DNA of 45,598 nucleotides from Polyangiaceae bacterium (GTDB lineage: Bacteria; Myxococcota_A; Polyangia; Polyangiales; Houyiibacteriaceae), in assembly GCA_027009115.1 (NCBI GenBank), contig JALVDI010000062.1:1-45598 (forward strand), in the 5' to 3' direction. A program made the translations under genes and the position numbers. This document shows, in pieces, positions 9,378-17,529 of the stretch. How positions within the stretch are numbered: position 1 is the first letter of the stretch; every line of letters starts with the position of its first letter. The notes under the pieces were generated by a model. The model saw only the letters and a program-made list of their open reading frames with translations. It was not told where the DNA came from and did no database searches.

Positions 9378-9991
9378 TGGACCGCTCCTTGCGCCGGTGC
9401 CGCGGTCGCGTCCGGCTCCGCTGGTCGCCGGAAAGTCGTCGCCAGCGCCGTCACCGTGAGGATGTACTCGTCGGCGTCGTTCAGCGTCGGCTCGGCGAGC
9501 ATGATGTTCTCCATGCCGATGGCGCGTTCGAGGCGGCTGACGTTGTAGAAGAACTTCGCGATCTGGTGGAACTTGCCCGAGATGGCCACGGCCACCGGGA
9601 TCCGAACGTAGAGCTCTTCCGGTTCCTCGGGCCGCGGTTCGACGCGCCGCATCTCGAGCCCGCTGAGCTCCGCCACCCGGTTGAGGTCCTGAAGGAACGC
9701 CGGGATCTCGGCGTCGGCCGGAAGGATGCGCTTGTTCCGCCGATCGATGGCCTCGCGAGCCGCGAGCTCCTGAGTCAGGCGCAGGTACTCCTGCTGCCGC
9801 TGCTCGGCCTCGACGAGCTGCCCCTGGAGCTCCTGATGCTCGCGCTGGGCGCGCTCGATGTTCTCCGTCAGCTCCATGTGCCAGATGAAGTAATAGAGAG
9901 CCCCAACGAGCCCCAGGAGGAAGACCAGGATGAAGATCTTCCCGGCCAACGGGAGAGCTTCGAAGGAGCCCGTGCCACCTTTGGAAGCCAT
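9374..9991 (-). CDS. pilO: Type IVa pilus alignment protein PilO
   Basis: N-terminal TM, coiled coil, LPADAEIPAFL, GKFHQIAKFF. ATG 9991 overlaps the pilN stop (TGATG). Confidence 0.92.
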   Translation of the reverse strand: MASKGGTGSFEALPLAGKIFILVFLLGLVGALYYFIWHMELTENIERAQREHQELQGQLVEAEQRQQEYLRLTQELAAREAIDRRNKRILPADAEIPAFLQDLNRVAELSGLEMRRVEPRPEEPEELYVRIPVAVAISGKFHQIAKFFYNVSRLERAIGMENIMLAEPTLNDADEYILTVTALATTFRRPAEPDATAAPAQGAVQ

Positions 9992-10671
9992 CAGTACATC
10001 ACCTGGCAAGTGAGCTCGAAGTTGATGAGCTCGAGTCCGCTGTCAGAGTCTCGACTGGCCTCGGTGCGTTGCAACGTGACCTGGTCGAAGAGTTCGGAGA
10101 GGGCGAGGCGACGGAGGAACTCGGCGACGTCCTCGTTGGTGCGCCCAACGCCCCGAATGCGGCACTGGCGCCCTTCCTCCTCGAAGTGCGTCAGCCACAG
10201 GCGGCGCACATCCCAGCTCCGATTGTAGGTCGCGTAGGGATTGTCGCGCCGGAGCTGCTCGAGCTGCTGCGGGTCGATGGTCGGCCCCACGTCGTCGCAG
10301 TTCGGGCGGTCCGGAGGGCAGACGCTCAGGATCCTGGACAGCTCCATCATCGCCCGAACGGGGCCCGTGCGTGCTTTCTCCAGCTCCCCGACCACCTGCT
10401 CGAGGGCGTAGCTCGCCTCGAGCTGGGCCTGCACTTCTTCGAGCCGGGCGCTGCGCGAACGGAGCTCCTCGATCTGAGCGCGGAGCGCCTCATTGGCCGA
10501 GCGCTGCTCCTGGAGCGTCGCGTCGTAGCTGAAGTAGATGACCGCGAGGATCGCGCCCCAGACCACGACGCCGATGGCGTAGATCGCCACCCAAAGCTGC
10601 GCGCTCCCCGATGGACCGCCCGCAGCTCGAACGGACCGGCTGGCTTCCGGTAGCAGGTTGATGCGGATCAT
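9991..10671 (-). CDS. pilN: Type IVa pilus alignment protein PilN
   Basis: MIRINLLP PilM-binding motif, TM helix, coiled coil, VAEFLRRL. ATGA overlap with pilM. Confidence 0.95.
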   Translation of the reverse strand: MIRINLLPEASRSVRAAGGPSGSAQLWVAIYAIGVVVWGAILAVIYFSYDATLQEQRSANEALRAQIEELRSRSARLEEVQAQLEASYALEQVVGELEKARTGPVRAMMELSRILSVCPPDRPNCDDVGPTIDPQQLEQLRRDNPYATYNRSWDVRRLWLTHFEEEGRQCRIRGVGRTNEDVAEFLRRLALSELFDQVTLQRTEASRDSDSGLELINFELTCQVMY

Positions 10672-11723
10672 GCCGTCTTCCGCTCCTTCTCCTTACGGAG
10701 AGCCAAGCCCATGGCCACGCAGGCCTGCGCCGTGCGCCCCTGAAGCGCCATCGGGTCGACCTTGTTGTCGGGCTGCGCCACGCGGAGCGGATCGAGCAGG
10801 TCGACGGGCACGCGGGCGCGCTCGTGAATCGCATCCATCAACGCGCGGACGTTCGCGGTCCCGCCCGATACGTAGATTCGGCTCAGGTCACGGTCGCCAC
10901 TGGTCGCGAGATAGAAGTCCAGGGACCGCTGAATCTCGCCGGCGAGCTGGTCGACCGCCTGCTGGATGATGGTCGGGACCTCCCGCGGCACGATCCCGCG
11001 CCCATCCCCGCCACACTTATAGGCCTCCGCCTCGTCCCGGCTGATCGACAGCTGCCGCTGGATCTCCTCGGTGATCGTGTTGCCGCCGTTGACGATGTCA
11101 CGGGTGAAGGCGGTCGTGCTGTCCGCCAGAATGTTGACCGTGGTCAAGGACGCCCCGACATGGATCAGGACGACGGTCTCCTGGGGCGCCGGCAGCCCGT
11201 AGCCCATCTCGAGGACGTTCTGCACGCAGAAGGCGTCGAGATCGACGACCTTGGGCGTGAGTCGGGCTTCGAGGGCGAGGTTCGTCAGGTCGCTGATCTC
11301 TTCCTTCTTCGCCGCGACGAGCAGCACGTCCATCTGCCCCTCGTCTTCGCGGCGGTGGAGGACCTCGTAGTCGATCGTCACTTCCGCGAGGTCGAAGGGG
11401 ATGTGGTGCTCGGCCTCCCAGCGGATCTGCTCGTTGAGCTCGGCGGCGGTCATCAGCGGCATGGCGATCTTCTTGATGATCACGCTGTGGCCGCTCGCGC
11501 GCAGAGCGATGTTCCGCCGCCGCGACTTGTGGAAGAGCTTCTCGAGGCCCTCCACGACCGCGCCGGAGTTGATGATCTGTCCATCGACCACCGTCTCCGG
11601 CGGCAGCGGGTGGTACCCGAATCGGACGAGCCTCCGAGACCCGCGGGACTCCTTGATCTCACATACCTTGATGGAGGTCGACCCGATGTCGACGCCCACC
11701 AAGTTCTTGCCTTCGCTCGCCAT
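10668..11723 (-). CDS. pilM: Type IVa pilus actin-like protein PilM
   Basis: VGVDIGSTSIK, VLLVAAKKE, EIQRSLDFY, SGG, AMGLALR motifs. Confidence 0.97.
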   Translation of the reverse strand: MASEGKNLVGVDIGSTSIKVCEIKESRGSRRLVRFGYHPLPPETVVDGQIINSGAVVEGLEKLFHKSRRRNIALRASGHSVIIKKIAMPLMTAAELNEQIRWEAEHHIPFDLAEVTIDYEVLHRREDEGQMDVLLVAAKKEEISDLTNLALEARLTPKVVDLDAFCVQNVLEMGYGLPAPQETVVLIHVGASLTTVNILADSTTAFTRDIVNGGNTITEEIQRQLSISRDEAEAYKCGGDGRGIVPREVPTIIQQAVDQLAGEIQRSLDFYLATSGDRDLSRIYVSGGTANVRALMDAIHERARVPVDLLDPLRVAQPDNKVDPMALQGRTAQACVAMGLALRKEKERKTA

Positions 11724-11732
11724 CGCCGCGCA

Positions 11733-12086
11733 TCACTCCTCCTCACCAAAGACCTTAATCCGGTCGGCGAGGCTGAGACCTAGAGCCTCGAGGATCTTCC
11801 GCTTTGTGCTCATGCGGCACCCGAAACCCTTTTCGATTCGGGCGATCGTCAACGCCGAGAGGTTGGCACGTCGGGCGAGCTCGGCCTGAGACAGGCACTG
11901 AGCTTCACGGAACTTCTTGAGACTATTGGGCTTCAGCTTGCGCGGCTTCGCCGAGGCACGCTTGGACACCGCCACTGGCCGGCTCACCGCCTCGTCCGTG
12001 GTGGATTTCACCTCCACGTCGACGGACGAGGCCGCCTCTACAGGCATGCCCTGTGCAGCCTCGGAGACCTTTCCCTCGTGGTTCAT
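11733..12086 (-). CDS. XRE/Cro-family helix-turn-helix regulator, first gene of the pil operon
   Basis: LKKFRE..LSQAELARRANLSALTIARIEKG HTH_3 signature. Ends 9 bp before pilM. Confidence 0.88.
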   Translation of the reverse strand: MNHEGKVSEAAQGMPVEAASSVDVEVKSTTDEAVSRPVAVSKRASAKPRKLKPNSLKKFREAQCLSQAELARRANLSALTIARIEKGFGCRMSTKRKILEALGLSLADRIKVFGEEE

Positions 12087-12120
12087 CAGTGGGCTCGAAT
12101 GACGCGGATGCGACTCTCAG

Positions 12121-12149
12121 ACCCTATGGTCCGAACCGGGAACCGTCAA
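12121..12149 (-). promoter_or_regulatory. Sigma70-type promoter for XRE-pilMNOP
   Basis: Minus strand TTGACG (12149-12144), 17 bp, TAGGGT (12126-12121), with an AT-rich tract upstream. Confidence 0.6.
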
Positions 12150-12200
12150 GCAATTCAAAATCAATTTGAGCAAACTTATAGGAAAGTTATAAGCAATTTA
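12148..12200. promoter_or_regulatory. AT-rich operator/UP-like tract with two palindromes
   Basis: TCAAA-N5-TTTGA (12155-12169), CTTATA-N7-TATAAG (12175-12193), and AAGCAATT repeated at 12148 and 12191. Confidence 0.5.
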
Positions 12201-12417
12201 GGCCAACTTCCCCCCACAATGCAGAAGCACCCCGCGCTTGGGAGGGATCGGCCGCGGCGGTTCGACCCGCCCCTGTGCTCACCTCTCGGTTGTCAACGAA
12301 CGCCGCTTGGGACCATCGCCATCGTCGCAGCTCGCGCCACCCGAATCAAAAAAGGTGCGTGTTCCGCTGCGCCGTCGCCTTGCGCCCGCTCCTGGGGCCA
12401 GAAAGATTGGGCCCCCC

Positions 12418-13515
12418 GTGCGCAACAAGGCTCCGCTCCTCATGCTCCTATTGGGCCTCTCGGTGGCGGCCGGGCCCGCCCTCGCCGAGCGGCGCCACCG
12501 CGTCCGCCCGGGGCAGTCGCTAGGCCGAATCGCGCGGCGCTACCGGGTGTCGGTGCGCGATCTCGCGGCGGCCAACCAGCTCCCGGTCACGGCGAACCTA
12601 CGTGAAGGACAGACCCTGCTCATCCCCGAACGAGGCGTCCACTACGTGCGCAGCGGCGAGAGCTTGAGCACCATCGCCCGGCGGCGCCACACCACCGTTC
12701 GAGAGCTCCGGCGAGCCAACCGGCTCGGGCCCAACGCCCGCCTGCGGCCGGGCCAGCGACTGCTGCTGCCGGGGCACGACTCGATCGAGGAGCGGGAGCG
12801 TGCCGAAGCCCGCTGGGGCCGCCCCCGCCACCCGGGCGTCGTACGCCTGTTCCGGGTCGCCACCCGCGAGCGGGTCCGGATGCGCCTGCTCGACTCCCGC
12901 GGACGGGTCCGCGCGGGCCCCCGTCGCCGCCTCGCTCGCGTGATGAGGCATCGGCGAACGGGCCGTCAGACTCCGCCGCACCGACGGCTGCTGCGCGTCC
13001 TCACGCAGATCTCCGACCACTTCGGCGGCCGGGAGATCCACATCCTGAGCGGCTACCGTCCCCCCGGAGGGCACACCGAGCGGAGCAGCCGCCATGTCTC
13101 CGGCCGAGCCATCGACATCCGCATCCGTGGTGTCCCCAACCGCGCTCTGCGCGACTATGCACGGACCCTCGACCGTGTCGGCGTGGGCTACTACCCCAAC
13201 AGCACCTTCGTGCACGTCGACGTGCGGGAACGCTCAGCCTACTGGGTGGACCGCTCCGGCCGCGGCGAGGCCCCCGACTACGTCCGAGACCGGGCTGAGC
13301 GCGAGCGGGTCGACGCCGCACGCCCCCCGCGCACCTCCCGCAACGGCCAGAGCGCGCCCGGCGCCGAAGCCGAACACGCGCCCGACGGCGCCGAGAGCGC
13401 GCCCGACGCCGAAGCCGAACACGCGCCCGACGGCGCCGAGAGCGAAGCCGAACACGCGCCCGACGCCGAAAGCGCGGCCGGCGCGCCGCCCCCGAACCCC
13501 GGCGAGCCAGGCTGA
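12418..13515 (+). CDS. Secreted 2xLysM + YcbK/MepK-like (peptidase M15, DUF882) peptidoglycan hydrolase
   Basis: GTG 12418 gives a signal peptide (…GPALA). LysM repeats HRVRPGQSLGRIARRY and HYVRSGESLSTIARR. SGYR, SRHVSGRAID and FVHVD are the LAS-type Zn ligands. Confidence 0.88.
   Translation: MRNKAPLLMLLLGLSVAAGPALAERRHRVRPGQSLGRIARRYRVSVRDLAAANQLPVTANLREGQTLLIPERGVHYVRSGESLSTIARRRHTTVRELRRANRLGPNARLRPGQRLLLPGHDSIEERERAEARWGRPRHPGVVRLFRVATRERVRMRLLDSRGRVRAGPRRRLARVMRHRRTGRQTPPHRRLLRVLTQISDHFGGREIHILSGYRPPGGHTERSSRHVSGRAIDIRIRGVPNRALRDYARTLDRVGVGYYPNSTFVHVDVRERSAYWVDRSGRGEAPDYVRDRAERERVDAARPPRTSRNGQSAPGAEAEHAPDGAESAPDAEAEHAPDGAESEAEHAPDAESAAGAPPPNPGEPG
13351..13476 (+). repeat. 45-bp in-frame tandem repeat (2 full copies + 1 truncated) encoding the acidic tail SAP(G/D)AEAEHAPDGAE
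   Basis: Units at 13351-13395 and 13396-13440, truncated copy to 13476. Confidence 0.85.
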
Positions 13516-13528
13516 ATCCGCGGCTCGC

Positions 13529-13732
13529 TCAGCGACACGGACGTGTGCGCGAGGGCTCCTCTTCGCAGACCTGGTCCACGCAGGCCCACACCAAGCCGCA
13601 CTCGGCCCCCGGAGGCGTGCAATCGGAGTCCTCCACGCATGGGCGTCCGTCCGGACGTTCGGGGTCCTCCACGTCCCGAGGACAGCCGAGGGCCAACAGA
13701 AAGAGCGCGAGCCAGCGGAGTGCCATCCTCAT
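13529..13732 (-). CDS. Small Cys-rich lipoprotein (67 aa)
   Basis: C-terminal part of ORF 13529..14140: MRMALRWLALFLLALGC lipobox and CVEDSDC…C…C…C…C. ATG overlaps the upstream stop (ATGA). Confidence 0.75.
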   Translation of the reverse strand: MRMALRWLALFLLALGCPRDVEDPERPDGRPCVEDSDCTPPGAECGLVWACVDQVCEEEPSRTRPCR

Positions 13733-16092
13733 CGGAGTATGCCGTGCTCCTTCAGTCGCCGGTAGAAGGTCCGTCGCGGAATGCCCAGCGCCCGTGCCGC
13801 ACGCGCGCGGTTCCAATCGTGGGCTTCGAGAGCCGCAAGGATGCGCTGCTTCTCGGACTGCTTGAAGTCGTCGAAGCTCTGGGGCGGCACGGCTACCGGC
13901 AGCGCGACGGACGGTGGCCGGCCCTGGCTTGAGCTCGCGCTCTCCTCTTCCCCGAGCGCGAGGTCGTCCGGCCCGATCAAGTCCCCCTCGACGAGGACGC
14001 AAGCGTTCAGCAACACGTGTTCGAGCTGCCGGACGTTCCCGGGCAAGGTTGCCCGCGAGAGCCGCGCGAGGGCCTCCCGTGTCAGCCGTTTGCGCGGCTT
14101 GCCCTGCTCCTCGGCGATGCGTTCGAGGAAGTGCTCGCACAGCAGCGGCAAGTCGCCGACACGATCCCGCAGCGGCGGCAGAACGATCTCGACGACGTTC
14201 AAGCGATAGTACAAGTCTTCGCGAAACTCCCCGCGAGCGACCAGGTCCCGAAGCGATTTGTTGGACGCGGCCACCACCCGGACGTCCACGGTCCGCTCCT
14301 CCTCGGCACCGACCGGACGCACGCGACCGTCCTGCAGGACCCGGAGCAAGTCGACCTGCATCTTCGGCGGCATGTCGCCGATCTCGTCGAGAAAGAGCGT
14401 CCCTCCGGAGGCGCGTTCGAGGAGCCCGCGGCGCCTCTTGTCGGCGCCCGTGAAGGCGCCACGGACGTGGCCGAAGAGCTCCGATTCGAGGAGCGCCTCA
14501 GGGATCGCGGCGCAGTTGACGGCGAGGAAGGGCTTGCTGGCGCGAGGCCCTCCATAGTGGATCGCCCGGGCGACGAGCTCCTTGCCGGTGCCGCTCTCGC
14601 CATGAATCACGACCGGGACATCGGTCTCCTGCACCCGCTCGAGGACGGCGAAGACACGACGCATCGCCTCGCTCCGCCCGATGATCCCCCCGCGGCTAAA
14701 CTTGCCGAGCAGCTCGTTCCGCGTGCGGTCGAGGTCTCGCTTCGTCTCCTCGAGCTGCGCGGTGCGAGCCGCGAGTACCCGCTCGATTTCATCCTTTGCG
14801 CGCTCGAGCTCTTCGTTTGCCGCGAGGAGCTCGGCGCTCCGCGCTTCGAGCTCCGCTACCAGGCGGGCGTTCTCGAGGGCGATCGCCGCCTGGTCGGCAA
14901 AGGCCAAGAGCAGCTCGAGCTCGTCCTCATCGGCGAAACGCCCTCGGCGAAGTCGGTGCTCCAGATAGATCACGCCGAGGGTCCCCGCGGGTCCGCGGAT
15001 CGGAAGACACGCCACGGACTTGAGCCGGAGCTTGTGCACCGTCAGGAACTCGGTGAGCCGCCGGTCGTCCTGTGCGTCGACGGTGACGATCGGCTCGCCG
15101 TCGATCAACACAGCCTCGGCAATGGAGCGCGAAAACTGCACCGAAGGGTCGTCGAAGGGGGTGCCCCGAACCAAACGGGGCACGAGCGCGCCTTCGGCGT
15201 CGGGCACGAGCACGAAGCCTCGCTCTGCCTCAGAGAGCTCGACGGCCGCGTCGGTGATGCGCTCGAGGAGGCGATCGAGATCCCGCTCGCACGCCAACCG
15301 CTTGAGGATGTCGAGCAGACGCCGCGTGCGGCGGTCCAGGAGCTCGCCGGAGCTCGCCCCGGCGGCGACGCTCCGCTGCGTGGTCGAGCTCGCCCGCGTA
15401 CGCACCGCACGGCGCCTGGGATCGCTCCAGAAGGCCGACCTCAGCGCCGCCGGCAAGGCCACCACGATCTCTTCGAGGATCTCCATGGACCGCTGCTCGT
15501 GGCGGCGGGCCGCGAAGTCGCTCCCACGCCGGGAGTGGAGCTCCCCCAGCAACGCCTCCGCCTGCCATTGGACCTCCGGGTGGATGCCCTCCGCCTCCGC
15601 CGCGAGGGCCTCCGCCAACGCGAGGGCCTCCCCGAGGTCGTCCCCAGCCGCCCGAGCCCGCACCTGCTGGAGCCTCCAGGCGAGCCGCAGGTCGTCCGCG
15701 CCTTCCGCGTCGATCAGCGCCTCGGCCTCTCCGAGCCCCTCGAGGGCTGCGTCCAGGTCCCCGGGTCCGCCGCGCTCCAACCGCACCTGGGCTCCGGCGA
15801 GCAGCCCTCGAATTCGGAGGCGCGGCGGCACCTGCGAAGCGCTCGCATCGTCGAAGCTGAGCAATGCAGTCGCGAGCTCCCCACCGGCCGCCGCGACCCA
15901 CCCTCGCGCCAGGTGCACCAACGCCGCCTCGGCCTCGCTCGCGGCCACCTCTCCTACGGACTCGAGGGCGCCGAGCCGCGCCGCAAGGTAAGCACGCCAT
16001 GCCGGCGTCGGTGCCGCTTTCAGCGCGGCCGCGAAGTCTCCGGCCGCCTCTGCGCGGTCGACCGGCTCCGTCACTGCGCCCGAATGTGCCAC
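13729..16092 (-). CDS. Sigma-54 enhancer-binding protein (TPR-like region, GAF, coiled coil, AAA+, Fis HTH)
   Basis: [55 protein letters not shown]-terminal HTH. GAF segment LERITDAAVELSEAERGF…AAIALENARL. Confidence 0.95.
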   Translation of the reverse strand: MAHSGAVTEPVDRAEAAGDFAAALKAAPTPAWRAYLAARLGALESVGEVAASEAEAALVHLARGWVAAAGGELATALLSFDDASASQVPPRLRIRGLLAGAQVRLERGGPGDLDAALEGLGEAEALIDAEGADDLRLAWRLQQVRARAAGDDLGEALALAEALAAEAEGIHPEVQWQAEALLGELHSRRGSDFAARRHEQRSMEILEEIVVALPAALRSAFWSDPRRRAVRTRASSTTQRSVAAGASSGELLDRRTRRLLDILKRLACERDLDRLLERITDAAVELSEAERGFVLVPDAEGALVPRLVRGTPFDDPSVQFSRSIAEAVLIDGEPIVTVDAQDDRRLTEFLTVHKLRLKSVACLPIRGPAGTLGVIYLEHRLRRGRFADEDELELLLAFADQAAIALENARLVAELEARSAELLAANEELERAKDEIERVLAARTAQLEETKRDLDRTRNELLGKFSRGGIIGRSEAMRRVFAVLERVQETDVPVVIHGESGTGKELVARAIHYGGPRASKPFLAVNCAAIPEALLESELFGHVRGAFTGADKRRRGLLERASGGTLFLDEIGDMPPKMQVDLLRVLQDGRVRPVGAEEERTVDVRVVAASNKSLRDLVARGEFREDLYYRLNVVEIVLPPLRDRVGDLPLLCEHFLERIAEEQGKPRKRLTREALARLSRATLPGNVRQLEHVLLNACVLVEGDLIGPDDLALGEEESASSSQGRPPSVALPVAVPPQSFDDFKQSEKQRILAALEAHDWNRARAARALGIPRRTFYRRLKEHGILR

Positions 16093-16136
16093 GGTGGCAC
16101 GTTACAGCACGCCGGCCGGACGAGCCAAGGAAGGTC

Positions 16137-17453
16137 TCAGTCCTCCGCGGCCGGATCCCCCTCCGCCTCGAGGCGTCGCCGCAAGTCCTCGAGGTAGTCC
16201 CCCTCGGCCCCTTGGGAGCGTCCTCCCGCCTTCTTGGCCTTGTCGAGCAGCACCACGGGCCGATCGCCGCTCGCCTCCAGGTCTTCGTCGAACCCCTCCA
16301 GCGGCGACGGGGCGCTCTCCGAGTCCAGCTCCGCGAAGCCCTCCATGGGTTCCACGCCACGCGCTGTATCGATGTCGAGGATGCCGAAGGGCCTCGCCTG
16401 ATCGGCCTCGTCGTCTTCCACGAGGACGGCCTCGGCGGCCAGGTCGACAGAGGCGCTCGGCTCGCTCTCGAACGAGGCCCGACCGTGTTCTGCGGGCAGC
16501 TCCGGCACCAGCGCGAGCTCCTCTTCAACGAGACGCTCCCCGGGCACGACCTCGCGGACGTAGTGGGCGATCGCCCGCGGCCCCACGAGCAGCCCCCGGC
16601 ACATCGCGAAGTGCTCGAGGTGGAGCGCCAGATCCGCCGCGCTCGCGATGCGGGCGCGCGCGTCACGTCGCAGCGCCGCCATCACGATCTCCTCGAGATC
16701 GTTGGGGTAATCCGGCACGAGGGACGATGGGGGCGGCGCGTCCCGCTCGACGATCGCCTGCATCACCTCGATCTCCGTCCCCCGATAGAGGCGCGAGCCC
16801 GTCGTGAGCTCGTGGAGGATCACACCGAGCGCGAAGACATCCGCCCGTCGGTCGAGGGCCCTCCCCCGGACCTGCTCCGGCGCCATGTAACCGAAGGTGC
16901 CCTTGACGGCCCCCGCCTCCGTCGCGGGGCGCGCGTCGGTCTTGGCCACCCCGAAGTCCATCAGCTTGGCTACTCCGTCCCGCGTGATCATCACATTCTG
17001 GGGCGTCACGTCACGGTGCACGATCCTCAACGGCCGGCCGGCACGGTCCTTGGCCACGTGCGCGTGGTTGAGCGCCTCGCAGACCTGCAGAGCAATACCC
17101 AGGGTCACGTGCAGCGGCATGAGCTGCTGCGCCCGCGCCCCCATCCGCCAGAGGTCGGCGAGGTTCCACCCATCGACGTACTCCATGGCCAGGAACCACG
17201 TTCCCTCGGCGAAACCGAGATCGTAGACCTGCGGGATGTTCGGATGCGAGAGGTGCGCCAAGAGGTGCGCCTCATAGTGGAACATGCGCAGGGTGGGCTC
17301 GTGCTCGACGAAGTTCTTGAACAGGCGCTTGATGACGACGTCGCGGAAAAAGCCCCCCTGCCCCCACTGACGCCCCAGAAAAATCTCCGCCATGCCGCCG
17401 GCCGCGATCTTTCGGAGAAGCTCGTAACGTCCGTAAGGAGTTCCTTGTTGCAC
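16137..17453 (-). CDS. Hanks-type Ser/Thr protein kinase, cytoplasmic, with acidic tail
   Basis: AAGGMAEIF, VVIK, HRDVTPQN, DFG, GTFGYMAPEQ, DVFALG. Likely start is GTG 17453 (VQQGTPYGRY). Confidence 0.92.
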   Translation of the reverse strand: MQQGTPYGRYELLRKIAAGGMAEIFLGRQWGQGGFFRDVVIKRLFKNFVEHEPTLRMFHYEAHLLAHLSHPNIPQVYDLGFAEGTWFLAMEYVDGWNLADLWRMGARAQQLMPLHVTLGIALQVCEALNHAHVAKDRAGRPLRIVHRDVTPQNVMITRDGVAKLMDFGVAKTDARPATEAGAVKGTFGYMAPEQVRGRALDRRADVFALGVILHELTTGSRLYRGTEIEVMQAIVERDAPPPSSLVPDYPNDLEEIVMAALRRDARARIASAADLALHLEHFAMCRGLLVGPRAIAHYVREVVPGERLVEEELALVPELPAEHGRASFESEPSASVDLAAEAVLVEDDEADQARPFGILDIDTARGVEPMEGFAELDSESAPSPLEGFDEDLEASGDRPVVLLDKAKKAGGRSQGAEGDYLEDLRRRLEAEGDPAAED

Positions 17454-17529
17454 AGCAGTGGAGGGGCGTAGGCCGAAGCGCCGCTTCGAAGTGTACCCGT
17501 TCGAAAAGACAACTACATTCTTTCTCGCG

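Noticed and set aside
16095-16110. TGGCACGTTACAGCA as a sigma-54 promoter
   Set aside because: GG-GC spacing is 9 rather than 10 bp and it points antisense into the kinase gene.
14017-16197. Long antisense or alternate-frame ORFs (e.g. 14017..16197 +, 26233..28638 -, 28406..30367 -, 35273..37087 +, 40956..42764 +, 866..2632 -)
   Set aside because: Shadow frames of well-supported genes in very GC-rich DNA; Arg/Pro/Gly-rich or mirror-codon products with no motifs.
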